Of a stretch of 64,000 nucleotides of DNA, positions 34,650-49,200 are shown piece by piece (position 1 is the stretch's first letter; every line of letters begins with the position of its first letter). The notes under the pieces are model-generated. The model searched no databases. It worked only from the letters and a program-made list of their open reading frames with translations, and had not been told where the DNA came from. A program made the position numbers and the translations under genes. The stretch is from Raillietiella orientalis (Eukaryota), in assembly GCA_036172245.1 (NCBI GenBank), contig JAYWIR010000003.1:1674001-1738000 (forward strand). Reading direction: 5' to 3'.

Positions 34650-36500
34650 CGCGCAACCTAAGAATCGCAAACGCGCCCACGGCTGGCGCATCAGATAAAT
34701 AGGTACATGTACTTTTTCTCTTTCGGTTGCTTTTTTTTTATTTACCAAAGTGGAAAATCCTTTTCGCAAGAGTCGGATGATCTGATGCCGGGAGACACCC
34801 ACGTCCGGATGCATCATCCACCGAAAAGGTTCTCTGCAAGCACGATGCGTGCCTTCGGGCATCCCGGTGGTAAGTGCTGAATCAGGAGGACGAGACATTC
34901 GAGACGTTGGGGAGTGACCAGATGCACTTGCGTCAAGAAGGTCCACCGGTGGCAATCCGTGTTCCTCCTGAACACCCATACACCCCCAGTAAGGTGTTGC
35001 ACCGCAGCACGTCTCTCCCGCAAAATAAAACAAACTTTCGGGTGCTTCCGGAAATGAGTTTCTTTGAAAAATGCCAGCAGATGGGAGATTCGCCCACACT
35101 CATAGAGTCCCCACTCACACCTATTCGCAAATAAGAAAATGATTTCCGATCACTGTAGGCCATTTGGGTTGCCTGGGAAGACAACTGTACGGGCATCCGA
35201 CAGGAGGTGTTACATCCAGGAGCCTCTCGCACAAATCGTTGGGCCTCGGAGCGCTTCGTTTCGGAGCAGGGATTCCAGTGTGGAAGATGATCAGTAGCGG
35301 AAACCACGAAGCCATCACCTCCTCTGCCTACTACTTTCGGGAACCAGCTCACCGTGGAAAATCGCCCCTTCCCAGCACTTGGCAAGCAGATTCTTCGCGC
35401 GCATGCGCTTTAGCGATGATCCGCCGTGTTTAAAATTTGTATTCTCCGCGTTCGTCATTATTAGGATAAAAGTAACATCGGTTTATGACAGTGTCAATAT
35501 TCCTCCGTGATGTCAGTTTTCGTTCCATGACGACCGAGTTCAGGAAGGTTCCCTGCCCGGTCTGAATCGTGAGGCACAATTCCGAAGCAAAGAAACCTTC
35601 CGACCTTTGCAGTTCACTCAGTGGACTCTTTGCAAGAAGAGTCTTTTCGACTTCCGGTCTTCCACTCCGTTCGGCCGAACGAGGGACAGAACGCGGTGGA
35701 ATGAGTCTGAACGGATCCAGGGATTATTCTTGCTGCTCGACCTTCCTCGGATGTTGCTTCTAGATGGATTTCGCACTGGATCAGTGAAACTGTCCATCTC
35801 GAACTCGATATCGCATAAAGTGGTGTGAAGGTCTCAGAAGTTCTATTTCTGTGATAGTGTCAACGAAATAGTCCTGTTGTGACACCGAACATGACCTATG
35901 ATTTCAGTAATAGATGTTGGAGCAACTAACGTTTCAGTAATTGATGCATTCCTACACAGAAGCCTTTGTTTTCCCCAGGAAAACCCGAAAGGAGTGAAAA
36001 ATACATACGGCAGGCGTGGAATCGAATGGTATCTGATCTAAATCTAATCTTTGGGCTGTGGAAAAAATTAAAATAAATCCAAGCCAGCCTCTGATTGTAA
36101 AATCGAATACATGCATCCTGCTGCCTGTTGCAAATCTACAATCGCGGTCAGATCAATTGTACCAAAGAATCAATTGCCTATTGATGACTGGTGGTTGTTG
36201 AGGGACAAAGGATTTGCAGTATGGGATGCTGCAACCAGAATTCTGTTTTCAAACGGGAAAAGTGCGAAACCCCTATGAATGTGAATCACGAGTGGCACTC
36301 GCATATTTAGCACATTTCGCCTATACCATTTGCTACCCCAAACACGGAATGGTTTTCGCTTGCGTTCTGAACCTGGCCTCATGGATTCTCGTCTTCAGAT
36401 GCTCGAGAGAGCTGCACGGTATGCCCAAACACGCACTCATGCGAAGAACAGAACACTCGGTTGCTTTAATGGGCACCTCGGACCTCCCTCCTAAAGCAGC
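34650..36500 (-). mobile_element. Decayed R2-group reverse transcriptase
   Basis: RPGSE..VW..VLNMRVP (36170..36382), NNPWIRSDSFHRVLS (about 35700), KSFSYLRIG (about 35130), in RT order. Confidence 0.4.
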
Positions 36501-36799
36501 GCATCCAGTCGGAACTGCGAACATCCGCCGCGTGTTTGCACCATCGAGGACACGCTGCCCATGCGACTCCTAAGGGTCTTTCAAGAGCAGAAAGAGGATG
36601 CCACTCTGAGGCAGATCTCAAAAGTGGCAACTTGGAAGTGCCATCTGGTTCGGTGGGTGGCACTCGGTCACGTCCCGGTTTTCTGTACAGGATCTTTCCG
36701 CAGTCGGAGAAACCTGGAACTGCGGGTCTGCTGCACTGCATGATCAGAGGCGGTCAGTCATCCGTCTAAGACTGAATGTCGAAAGAGTGAACTGCTGTT

Positions 36800-39700
36800 C
36801 TGAGCAAAGAGTGGCAGGAATCGCAGATGCAACTGAATCGAAGTCTTCTCCCAGGAAGAATTTCCTCACTGTCCAATGTCGGCACAAGTAGAATTTAAAA
36901 TAGTTGTGGATAAATGAGGCAAACTCCATGTGTTGATGTTAATTAAAATACCTTCCTCAAGGAGCGTCTCATTTCGCGTGCTGAGAACGCAAAACTCTTT
37001 GCGTTTTTTGCATCGCGAATCCGGAAGTCCCCCGCGAATCCAATTTCCAAGGCAAATTTTCCACGGATGTAAATCCACAAGTGCCACCCGCGGATCCGAC
37101 GGGAGAGACACGGCTTCCTCCTCCCGAGGATAGCTTTCTTCTTCAAGAGGGACTGGAGGCATCCGAAAGGAACTGGTCCGGATTTTCACAGTGTCCTTGC
37201 TTCCGGCAGGCAGCTCGTATGAATATTCCAGACTCTTTTCCACGCGAACATCGGCCACCCACTGATGCTGACTGCCACTTTCCATTCTGCGCACCTGACG
37301 ATGTCCAGCGAGGCGGCGCCCAAAAGGTGCGAGTTCTCCGCGCCCGGGGATCGATAAGCACGAAGCACACGCTTCTTATTACTTCCCATTTATTTTTTTT
37401 TTTAATATTACGTGGAGCAGTAGGACTCTTAATCAAGCATGGCGGCGGATGGAAGTGAAGAGCCACCCAGCGTGCAGCAAGGGTGCACTCCCGAAAGCAG
37501 GATTCACCTGGGAGTCGAAAACAGACCCTCCTCGCATGATGAGGATTCGTACAACGCGGCCAACGAAAAATGGGCGGCGGCTCTCGTGTCAACGCGGTCA
37601 GCCAGCAGAGTGGCCCCGCGCCAACGGCGGCGAGGGCGAGTCTTTTCTTGCATTCGATTTTTTTCGCAAGGTGTGTTTTTTCTCGGCCACGAGAATGGCG
37701 GCTGAGTGTAGAAGCGTATAGACTGCTGCTCGAATATCTGCAAAACTCTAAAAAATTCATTTTTCATTCATTTAAATGGTGAATGAACGCCTTTACTATC
37801 TTCCTCTTCGTTTTTGAAGCCAAGCAAAACATTCTGCTGGCATGGCGTTTAAGGTCCACTTCACGTCCTGTGTAACCCATAGGATTCGTATAACGCGGAG
37901 TGGGGCGCACCCTACTTGGAATTACGGTGCTCGTGATGCCCATCAAGCGACAGAGCTTCAGGAGCAAGCAAGGAAAAAACGACTGGAGAGTCACCACTTC
38001 GATGGATCAGACAGCAAAAACTCTTGTATACGCATCCTCCTACCCTTTCCTCCACCCTCTTGCTGACGACCAGTGCGCCGAGGAAGAGTAAACACTTTGC
38101 CGTGAGGAAGATTGTAAGAGAGCAACGTTTGCCCACGAAACGTTCCCCATTGCAGATGATTTCCTGCTGATATATGGGCTGGTACAGTAAGTGGTTTGCG
38201 TCTGCACCCGAAAGAAGAAAAAGAAAAGAAAAGATGGTTCAAGTGGGAAACAGAGCCAAGTGAACACGGGACTCTTTGTCGTGTGCCACAGGGAAGTCGA
38301 GCGCCCTCCACGTGTTCGGGGAGTTTGCGGCACAGAACTCGAGCGTATCGAAGCTTCGACTGCAGCTGCAAACGTCTCCCGCTGAAATTGTGCACAGCAT
38401 CTCAACTCTCTTATCACCATCTGCAGCCATGTGATGCAGAGGGGCCCTTCCAACACACCCATTTTTTTGTGCTTCTTTCGTTGTTGTTGTTTTTCCAGGC
38501 ATTCGCGAGTAGGAGGGTCGCGACGGCGCGCGCAGAAGGGTTTGGGCGCGAGCTCGCCTGGAGCCGCCGTCGGCGCAGATCTTGGTGGTAGTAGCAAATA
38601 CCCCAGGGAGATCCTGGAGGTCTGATGTGGAGAAGGGTTCCATGCACTTTGAGCACGGTCCCCAGTCCATCCGACCTTCCATTTGTATAAAAGATGGAAA
38701 ATGTGTCTTGAGGGTAGGGTGCCTATCATCCCACTTTAAGACAAATGGAAAGGAATTCAAACTGTCCATCTGTCCCGTACTTTGGATGAAAAAAAAAAAA
38801 AAAAGTCATGGAGTTTTATCGATCGGTGGAAACAGCTCTCCAGTTTCAGCTCTATCGCTCTCGTTGCTGAAAAATGCATCGTCGTCTTCTTGCGCTCTTC
38901 CATTCGCGAACATGACTCATGTTTTCGTCGCTGCGTTGTACGAGCCTGCGTTCTACGGGAGCCCGCTGTACACATCCGCAGAATCGAGAAAGCAGGTCAC
39001 ATGCCGGCTGTCGTGGCCAAGCTCTTCGAGGTACCTTATCTTCTCGAGATGCATGGTGGTGCCAGTACCATAACAAGGATGGCACGCATGGGTCGCGACA
39101 CGTTCGGCTCCCCATCTTACGGAAGGGAAGACCTGAAATCCTTTTTTCTGTCGAGCAGAGGACACCTTGAATTCACGTGACTCGGGGTTTCTGCTCTACC
39201 GTCCACGCAAGGATGGTTTTTTTCCATCCACCTCTTGGTTCAGCATGCTGGCGCACCCAACGTACACATGAAATGATACTTCGTGGGCGATCGGTAAGGG
39301 AGGCCGTCGAGCGAGTTCAACGATGAGCGTAGCATTGGACCGGGAAGAAATGAATAGATAAGAAGACTCGAGGAAGACCATGCAGAGAATAGGGTACTGG
39401 AGATTAATAAGCACCGGAGGTTTCCTCGTTCTAACTGCATCAGGGGAACACGGAAGCTGCCATGGCTTTTCGTTTTTTAAGTCCATGCAGAAAACGTCTG
39501 TTCCAAAGCAACGAATGGCATGGAGCAAATTGCAGCTCCTACGATGGATGCATTGTTTCTCCTTTTTTTCTCATTGCATCGCCTGACGGGGTCGTGGCTC
39601 ACGTCAGTATGTTTCACCATAGGGATCGCTGCCTCAGGCAAGTCCCATTTTGCCTTGTCTCCTACCCGACATGCCACACTTCCCACGTTTTCGATCCGCT

Positions 39701-40850
39701 CCCACATGGGGCTGCGAGCCCTGTTACGACCCCAATTGCATCCCTTCTGCTTGCGACAACGCTCCGTTTCCAGGAAGCGTTGCGGTGCTTTCAAAAAGGA
39801 AAGCTCCCCAGATGCTGTTGCTGGATGTCTTGATCCAGGAATTCATTCATGATTCCTGTGGAGCATCTCCAGCCGGTTTTTTGCTTCGAGTTTAGATCAT
39901 TGTTCCAGGAAAGAACGAACGCTCAAGAACCTGGCAGTTGTCTCCAGACAAAATCGCCTGTTTCTGGCACGCAATCCCAGTTGGAAATTCGCTTTGCATG
40001 GACTATCATCCGCAATGCATAAATTCCACGCCGCAACTGCTGCAGAAACGGAAGCAACGGAGATGAAGCGCTCGTTGTCATCGCAACTGAGGACTCGGCA
40101 AATATTTATCTGTAGATCAAAGGGCCATTTCTTCTGTAAGCTCAAAACGGAGAGTTATAATTCAACGTTTATCAGACGACAAATTTCTTTTTTTTTTTTG
40201 ATTCATATCAGATCTAAAAGGGACATCCATCGCTTCCTTCGTGGCCTTCTCAACGATTTCCTTCCACAGTTTCATGCATCCTGCATCGCCGGTTATCGCT
40301 ACGATAAAACACAGCAGATCATCCGAATTGAGCACTCGAAGCACGCACGCTTCGTGCACGGATGCCTGTGTGTCCTTGATTTGTTGGCAACAAGGACCGC
40401 AAAAACGGACAGGATGGGACACTCGACTGCAGGATGAAAAAAAGATGGCGCTTTCAACCTAACCCAAGGATGGAGAATAAAAAGGATGACTAAGGAAATT
40501 CGATTTTCAACCTACGCGTTCTCGCACCTAGGAAACCAAATCAGAAGTCGCCGGCTGCCACCGCCTCGTGGATGGATGTCTTCCGTACCCGACATTGATT
40601 TTCGGCCACCCTTTGCGCACCATTCGGCGTTGGTCTGCACCGCCTTCTCTGCCGCTGTTTGAAGGAGACGAAGGAATATCCGTTAATAGCTGATACCCCC
40701 TGGCGAATTCGAAAAGGACGATCGCAAAAGAAGCAAGGATAGTCAGTCGGTCGGCTGCTCGTGACGTCTGCGTGCTTATCACGGGATCCGCTCATTCCTC
40801 ACCGGAGGGAAATGGCTCTGCACCCGTTGCATCTCCAGCAGACACCGCCA
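36800..40850 (-). mobile_element. Near full-length but highly decayed R2/NeSL-group element
   Basis: N-terminal YPCFFCDRPFRIRQG Zn finger (about 40720), KKRRNNAS, FHVYVGCAS, GCVQRAP, AQEDDD, and VALVDLHP..RCKKRKEF (RLE-like, about 37000-37090), in the correct order over about 4 kb. Confidence 0.6.
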
Positions 40851-41849
40851 TTTTCCTCACGCTTTCTTCTCTCTCCCGCTACCAGGGAGAAAATCCCTTA
40901 GTCATCGTTTTTTGTTTTGTTTTGTTTTCATGCAGCCGCCGTAAATAAATCGGGGGAAAAAAAAAATTCCAAGACTTGGGAGCGGCGGCAACCAAAGTGC
41001 CGTGAGGATGAAGACGGAAAATGAGGTACTCGATGGAGGCAGATGCTGCGCCAGGAGCACAATAGGAAAAATCAGGCACGGCCACATTTGAAGTTGCTTC
41101 TGTGTAAAGGCTCTGCGCCAGCAGCCATAAGCAGCCATCCGAAAAAAACGTCTGCCGGAACGTCCGTATTCTCCTGTATGCGGAAGTAAAACCCCCATAC
41201 TGATAACAGCAGCCTGCGTATGAAAGCTCCCACATGCATGGCAAAGCATGAAATCGAAATGCCATTTCCTGTCCAGCCTCGCTTTCTCAGGTCCCTTCGA
41301 TCGTGCCGGAATTTAAACGTTTTTAATGCCTGCTGCTAAGTCGGAACAAATCTGATTTATCACTTCAGCGCCGTCACCTCATTGCCACCGCGCTTTGTGC
41401 CCGAGGCTCGAAGCCGTTCTACCACGCCAGTTTTAACCACAGCTGCTGGTCTCACTCTCGCTGTGGCGCATTTCTGTTCGACTCGTAGGGGAAGAAGGTC
41501 TGCTCCGTTTAAGCTGCCGTTGTGAGTTCCCATCGAAACGCAGAATGGTAGCCAGTGGTCACCGGATCAGAAGTATAGGGTTCGTGTAAGTTTTGCATCA
41601 CCGCATCATCTAAATGTGCAGAGCGAAGCTTCCGTCATGCTAGCTCGAGCTCGCACACCACACTTGCCATCGAGGCATTGGGATTCACAGAATGAATCGT
41701 CACCCTTTTGCCGCAGCGTGCAGCACGAGACAAGCAGCCTTTCTCTCAGCCGCCATCATCGCCAATGGGCACGAAGGCTTTGCATAGACACTCATGATGG
41801 AGTCAGCGGGTATTGGAAACTTCTTCCGCGATGTTTTCATTTGAATTGC

Positions 41850-42572
41850 ATCCTTTTATTTTCAACCGATCACTCCGGGGCGTTTATTGCGAAAAAAAAT
41901 TCACCCAAAAAACAGTCATATAAAATATGTCTTCTTTCGTGGTGGCTTCACATGACCACTGCGAAGGGAAGTGTCTTGGAGGCGCTGCTTCTCGTGAGCA
42001 GCCCCCCGATGAGATCCGTGCGTGGCACAAGGAGTGGAGGAAGGGGCAAACACAAAAGTTCAGCTTGAAAAAATGTCGGAGGGGGAAAGGGAAGGGATCA
42101 AGGATTTCTTCCTGGCGTCCTCAGCATCCTCTGGAAGATGTTCGCCACTTCCTCCTTCTGCTGGCACGGATGTGGCCATCTTGTTGCCTTTCACATGGAG
42201 GAGCAGACGGTTGCGATGATCTCATCCTTCGACTGGCCTCCTTCGGCGTGGCTTCTCGCCTCCACGATCCCACGAAGGCAGCACGGAGTTGCAAGGGAAG
42301 CTGCAGGCGACGTCGAGTCGCGCGCCGAGAGGCACCGCAGGACTTCTCCGCCGTTGCCCATCGGGAGTAAGAGGGACGCAACGAAGCGTTCCCGGACATC
42401 CGTGAGAGCAACACAGCCAACGACAGGTGCGGGAAGGTTTCCCCCGTTCCCTGCACCGGACACAGTCTGGGACCGCACTCCCTTCGTCCAGTGGTGCGTT
42501 GTACGGGATCCCCCCCAGTGCAACAACTGCAATGCTGAGTCCTGCCACTTCAGGGGAAGAGTGGAGCTGTCC
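41850..42572 (-). mobile_element. L1/Tx1-like 3' fragment, near-identical inverted copy of 53781-54570
   Basis: 41927-42572 maps to 54426-53781 without indels (coordinate sum 96353 at both ends). The paired ORF translations differ at only a handful of residues. Confidence 0.92.
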
Positions 42573-42599
42573 GGAAATTGCTTTCTTTTACAAGCAAAT

Positions 42600-44400
42600 A
42601 CCCACAGCTCATTCACTAATGGCTGTCTTTATAAGACATCGACAAGCGCTCCCATCATCTCCTTTTCTAGCAATCTGTATTCTATGTGGACGTTGGCTTC
42701 ATGATTGTTTCCACTTACGAAAAAGCTTTCACCGTATTTCTCCTCCACAGCAGTGAAGTTCGGTTCACTCCTACAAGAGTCCTTGTGACCATCAAATGGT
42801 CACAAGGACGCGCAGGCACGTTTTGAAAGCACTCCAATTGCTTTTTTCCCTAGGAGCTGATGCCTTTGCTCCAGGATCAGGGGGAATTTCCATCCTCTGC
42901 TTGAAAAGTCCTTCTTTCACCCTCGGCAGCTTCGTTATATTCATAACGATCTATGAACCACCCGCGGCCTGCCATCATCTTCCTGGAACCTCTGAGGGTT
43001 CTGTGCCTAGTATCAATTTACACATCCCTTGTCGGCATTCCGTCGCGGAAGAAGACAAGGAACGAGGAACAAGACAAGGACTTCGGTCTTTCCACGTGAG
43101 TCCGCCACACCGAACAGCCTCCTGTCACAGAACAACCACCCGTGAGCCGAACAAACCCCTCGAATCAAGTCCCTTTTAATCAGTAGCCGTGGAAACAGGG
43201 CACAGACAGAGCAGAGTTACTTGTCCTGTATCAATTATGCTGCTTACATACGTCTGCTCTTCGCCGCTCTCCTCTCGATAAAGTAGAATTCATCCTTTGT
43301 TAGGTATTTAGGGATGGCAGCGTGGAATTGGATGCTCATTAACGAGCGTCAAAAGGATTGCAAAGAGGATCTGGAACTGATTCAGATGCAGCAGATGCAG
43401 CGTCTGCAAAAGTACCCTTGATAATGAAATGGCTCCAAAATTATTTGTGTCTTTGAACTTTCACGTGATCAGTGGGAAGAGAGGATCGTGTTATTCGATG
43501 TATTCGATGCTGGTTTCAAAAAGAATCCGTCTAGGTGTCTCAAAGACTAGATGCATTACAAAAAAGAAAAAGAAAAAAGAAGAAGAGCGGTTCGCTCTTC
43601 TAAAGTGCTTTGGCGCGTATCACAGAGCTACGAGAATAGCAAGAGAACCAAAAACAAACGAGAACTCTGAAGAAACTGTAAACAAATGTCATCAAGCAAG
43701 CGAAGAAGTCGGTCAGTCGAATGTCAGCAAAGCTCTCTCTTGACGCCGGTTCCGTCAAGAGCAGCAGCAGTAGAGTTCCGATCGACGTCCATAGGAAGAG
43801 TAGGTGAAACTCTCTGCTGTTTCCTCCGGAACCCTTACTTCCAACATCGCAAGTGCACAAGGAGAAAGGATGCAACTGCGGAAACTGCACGAAGAGCAAA
43901 GAGACCAGCTCTGTAGGATTGCCGACACCTTGCGTTTCAGACGCGGGAAGGTAGGTCTTGTTCCGCTTTTTTCCTCCATACCAAATAGTCCGTTTTCATG
44001 CCCTCTTGCATTAGAAAAGGAAATAGGTCGTGCCAGTAGAAGGTGCGAGGGAGGCTCAGAGAGACTTGCACTGTTTGCAGGTCAGAAGCGACCTCGGAGC
44101 CTCACAAGAAATCTCTCCTTGCTTGACTTGGACGCTTCGATGGCCGCTGACAGACGGGAAAACTGTCTGAAGAAACAGCGTGTGGAAAGATAGAATCCGT
44201 TTGCACATAGCAGGGACGATCCTTCCGAAACCAAGCAGCAACGACGACGATGGGTGGTCAAAAGTTTGTTCTCTCTGACGACGAGACACGATCGGCGCGC
44301 ACGAACTGGGTAAATAGCTCTCCGGACTTCAAGAAACACTGTGCTCATGTAGTACACCGTGTTATCCGTGGCGCAATGTTTTCATGGTAACAGATTCAAG
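42600..44400 (-). mobile_element. Decayed R2-group reverse transcriptase
   Basis: CCLVSEG..FYLSTRCFFRQFSRL, then SFRSCILSPCALAMLEVRVPEETAESFTYSSY (AF.S..H...L...VP......Y-like). Confidence 0.45.
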
Positions 44401-44449
44401 CATAATAAAGAGTACTCAGTCAAGTGCAGAAATGAAACTCGGAACCAGT

Positions 44450-44710
44450 CGAGTCGGACTGCAAGAGATGGCCAGGGCGTCCGCGTGCGGAGCCTAGCGT
44501 CGTGGGTTCGAATACCCCACGAAGGGGTTCACGCCGTGCTGGACACGTCGTGGGTTTCGAGTTCAGCCGCGAGATGATGCTGAGGAGGCTTAGGTTTCGA
44601 GAGTATACTGCTAGGAAGCGCCTGCGTCGGCGGCCGAATGCCCCGTTGACCAGGGACTGGGAACTGGAAGTGCACCCCTCAGGGTCCGTTTGGAATCAGA
44701 GAGTGATCCT
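44450..44710 (+). mobile_element. SINE-like family copy (5' head and start of body)
   Basis: agcgtcgtgggttcgaataccccac (44496-44520), second gtgggtttcgagttc (about 44550), then gccccgttgac..ggaatcag as in the other copies. Confidence 0.7.
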
Positions 44711-45199
44711 CTTTTCACGCGCACCCCGTCTGCGTAGCAGTGGAAAAGAGCCTTCTATGTGGCGTCGTGCCTCCATTGGGTGGAGTTCTTGAGTACTTGG
44801 GGAACCAAAAAAAGAAAGAGAGGAACAAAGAAAAAAGAAAAAACTCGAAGGACGAGGAAAGGAGCAAGGATGAACCAGGATTTCCGTTGAGGTGTCTCCG
44901 AAGCCGTCTTTCTCCCGGCCTTCTCAACGCGCGAGGACATCCGTGTGATGAGCAATGAGCGAATGTAATGAGAATTCCAGAACAGCAGATGAACACCGCC
45001 GATAGGACGACCACCCAGCAGATACCATGGGACTAACCTTTCGGCAAGGATGCTCACCAAGCGAGCAACCGTCTGCAAGGGATTGACTTCGGTCGTCGTA
45101 GCCACCGAGAGAAGTTTGAGCCATCTCGGCTCTCAATTTCGCAAAATGGTTGCCTTAGTAAGAGGAAATCCCTGGACCTCCGTCCTCCCCGAGAACTGG

Positions 45200-46240
45200 G
45201 CTACTTGACTGCAGGAGTCAGTTCTCGCCTGGGGCTGGATCAGCGGCGCGAGCGATGGGGCAGAGTTCATCTGCCTACGGAACAGCAGATACACTCGTCA
45301 GTAGTTGAAGGAGATCCTGAGCAACACCAGGAATCTGTTTTGGGCGTTCAACCCCCTAAGGGAAGCAAGGGACAGCGACCTTCCGCAAGGTGGAAGGTGA
45401 CGTGCACTATCGAAAATAGAGGAAAACATCTGAATGTGTGGACAACTTGGGAGCTGACAGATGCTGTCATCCCGAGTGTCCCTCCGAAAGGACTGCCACG
45501 CAGGAGAGAGCTACTAGAAATTTCTCCGGAGCAGATACAGTGACTCCCAGAGTGCTGGAACAGTGCAACCCTCCCCCTAAAGTGGCAGTAGTGTGCGATC
45601 CTTCTGTTGCATCGGGACCTCCCGTGCAACCCCCGCAGGCATCACTGACCGGAAAGGGGGGGGAGATGTAAACCACAACTGCTGCAGGTGAGAAGAAAGA
45701 GCCTCTCCCTCACCTCCTCATGGATTGTGCTGCCCACCGCCCCCTGTGAATACGCTTTGCCGCATCCCTGTGGATCCTCGAGGGCAGCCCTAGAAACTCC
45801 CTGAAGCGCCTCTTCTAGCGCGATGCCCTCACGCCGGCCGCACCCCTAGCAGCACTTTTCTGCCCAAGCGACGGGCTGCATGGAGCAACGCCGGAGGAAA
45901 CCAGGACGACAGGGACGCCATCTACTTTGCTGTCCTCTCCATCGGGACAGTGTCAAGATGGCCCCATCCGGGGTGCTTGAAACAGGAACTTGCCGGCATC
46001 CTTACAAGGATGCAGAGGACGCCCTCCCGGTGATCCTTTCCCGAACCCTCCCATTTTTTTTATATATCTATTTTTTTGTTTCATTTTCCTTTTTTGTCTG
46101 TCCCCCTCCCCCCGTCTGCTGCCTAGGCGAACTTCGCCGACCTGCGCGCCGTTTCTCGGCAGATTCCTTTTAGTGTATTCATGACGACCTATATGTTTAT
46201 TTCATAAATAAACGCTCCGGCGCTACTGAGTGTCAACCCT
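45200..46240 (+). mobile_element. L1/Tx1-like decayed 3' fragment
   Basis: Closely similar to the reverse complement of 60430-61250 (shared RRRxPGRQGRHLLCCPLH..SVKMAPSG..ETGTCRHPYKDA translation). Terminal aataaacgctccgg at 46207. Confidence 0.8.
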
Positions 46241-49200
46241 TTCCTGCCTGCCACTCCCGGCTCGATCGCCTGCAGAGACCAACGGATCTGCAAGTCCCCA
46301 CGAAGAATTTCGCCAGTCGCGTGTTGGCCTTCAATGAATCTCCGCGAAACCTCCATACGAACTTCCGCTCTTTCAGCTGCGCCGGGATCAAAGCGCTTTC
46401 ATCGAGGAAGATGCGCGACTGCATCCGGACGCTGTTCGAATTTATAGGAAAAAATTCAAGTATGAACAGAAAAAAAAGGTCCCTATGGGTTTCGTAATTC
46501 CTGACCCACGCAACAACTGGTGCCTCTTGATGCAGTGAGATGAGCTGAAGTGAGCAAAGGGGCGCAGTGCATAATCACGTGCCATCAATGTAAGCGACAA
46601 GGGGGAAAAAGGGGTGTGGTGCTCGGAAGAGAGGTGGAGCATCCCTTGCACTGCCGATGCCGGGATTTCGACGGTGCAGAGGGTGTGCATCTTGAAGACG
46701 AGGAAACAAACAGCGTTCAACGGAACAGCCACAGAAGGATACAGATGGCAAGAGGCAGATTCACCGTCAGTACCGCGTGCTTCTGAGGAACCGTCGCTCT
46801 TGTAGATGCAGCGTCAGGAGAAGACGTGCGTAGTACCGAAATGTCCAGATTCCGAGCCGGAGCAGTGCGAAAAAAAAAGAAGGATGGAGCCCGGTGTGGT
46901 GACCCGGAATGTGACGTGAATACACGAAGCTCGTGGGAGACTTTTCTGGAAATCCGCACGACTCGGGTTGTGAAAATGGTGGAGCTTCCTGGAAACCAGA
47001 ATGCTTCTCAGTCACCGGTGTGAGGGCTTCTCTCGTGAATCAGCGGCCGCCGGCGGTGTGCAGAGCAAGTAACTTCACCGGCATCTCGGAAGAATTCCTC
47101 TACGTTGCCGAATAATTGCAGCTCTCACCACCAGTTCATCTGGCTACAGAGGAGCGTGAAGAAAAAAAAACCGCACACACACACATCCACTATTTGAAGG
47201 TGCCAAATTTTCAAAATTTTTTGTTTCCAGAAGACGCCGTTGGATTTGTGGAGATAAAAATTAGCACGAGCTTATCGGAGAAGGACAAGCTGCTTCACCG
47301 GCGCAGGCTTGCCAGAACCGGTCTAGTATGGAGGACGGCTACCGGTCTCGAGAGAGAAGCAGGTGCTGCCCTGCTGCTTTCGTCTTGATCCTCTGAAGCA
47401 CCTTTCGCATCCCGAAACATGTTCAGAGTCGGATTCACTTCCCTAGAGCGAATGCCAGGAATCTCGAGCTGCACGGGCATCCTAAAAATGAAATTCTTTC
47501 GTCTCCCTGGACGACGAAGCGCGACCTGCATCAAAAGATCCATCTCGTGGAATAAGATGCTCGAAGTGGAATCCTCTTTCACGCATCGTGAAATCGGGAG
47601 CTATCGAATACGAAATGGGGAAGACTGTCCATGTCAGGGAGGGATTGGCGAGAACTCAAGCTGAGGTGTAGGAACCATGTGGTCCTACTCCACTCGTTTC
47701 CAAAGATCCCACACGATCTTTAAAAAGTAGGATTCCTCACGACCGGCTGGCTATAGGAATCGGGAAGGAGTTTAGAAAATGCTCAAGTGTTCCGGAATGT
47801 TCCTGAAAAGTTCTTCTTTGTCTAACCAGGATCTTTCACGTCAATCCGTCTTCTCCACGCACGAATCCGCAGCAATCTGATATGTGCCCTGGGATGGTAA
47901 GAAAGTGGTGCGCTACCACGAAAGGGTATTCTTCTCGAAGCTTCTCACCAAGTGCATACTGTACGAAGCTCGTGGTGAAGTGGTGAAGACATCGAAGCGT
48001 CCTACCAATTCACCGGCTCAACGGAACCACAACAGCCACTGTCGCCTCTCCTCTTCAAACACTGAAGACTCCATAATGCTATAACTTTCATAAACGAAGG
48101 CAATTGCCAACAGCCTAAAGGCCTAAAAGCATTCTGACCATAGTTCATTCGAGAGTTCGTGCGTTCGGAGCATGCCTTCGATGATGCATAGATCATCCAG
48201 CTCATGGAAACGAGTAAGATACGTTCGAACTCTTTCCCAAATCAAGGGCGCACGGGGCTTTGCAGCTGCCAGTGGCTGATGCAGGAATATTTCCCGTCGA
48301 ATCCTCATGCCACAAATTCCGAGAGGGAAAAGGTGTCGAACTGAGCTTGAAGAGCTCCGGCAGCGCGCATCGTCATCCTCTTGGCGTCTTTCTACTGAAC
48401 TCCAAATCGCAACCTCGGATGCCGAAGCATACCTGCGGAGAAGGCGCATCGGTCCGACTAGGGCCGGATAAACTGGGCACGTGAGCTCTCCGACGAGCAG
48501 ACTGGCTTCTCAGTGCATAGGCAAAAACTCATTGAAGCCCTCGTCATCTGAAGCCCTACTGAAAGGCTAACCTACTTTCCGCTATTCCCCTCATCGGCCA
48601 ACACATCATTTCCTTTTTATGAGTGCATACTGTTCCTTTTTATATGTCTCCAGCCTCAGGATGAGGATGCTTTTGTGTTGGTGTCAAAATAATTTAATGA
48701 GAACGACGATCTGTGGTATCGTAGGGTATCGTAGGGTCCAGTGCATTAATTCTGCCATATTAGAATATAGATGGTAATTCTGAAAATGAGTGAATTCTGG
48801 CGGGTGTGAGCTCTGCATTCCAGGGAATACCCGAGCCTTATACGGGAGGAAGCTACCAACTTAAAAAATGGAAAGTGTTATAGAAAGTGATCCATAAAAA
48901 CTGTCTTTTTCCTAAGCAACTCATCCCAAATGCCAGAGCGGAAATGCAACATCCAGCTGTTGACCGATTTTTGTTCGCAATAGGAGTTCAGCTTACCTAT
49001 GCTCAGAGAGATCACCGGGCATCTACTACCTCTTTTTCCTTCTTCTAATTCTCTTGGCCGAGTCAAGAAGTGTTCGGTCTTTGCGGACAAGAGCGCGCCA
49101 TTCGGAGATGCATTAGAAGCTGAACAGAGCCTGCAGCTTTCCAGAGTCGCGCGCTGTCCGTCATAGCAAAACTTTTCGTCCTGTGGTCGCATAGCACCTT

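Noticed and set aside
36540..36890. Further plus-strand host exons with a 38-nt GT-AG intron
   Set aside because: No recognisable protein, and the region lies between minus-strand RT/RLE relics; unsupported without RNA data.
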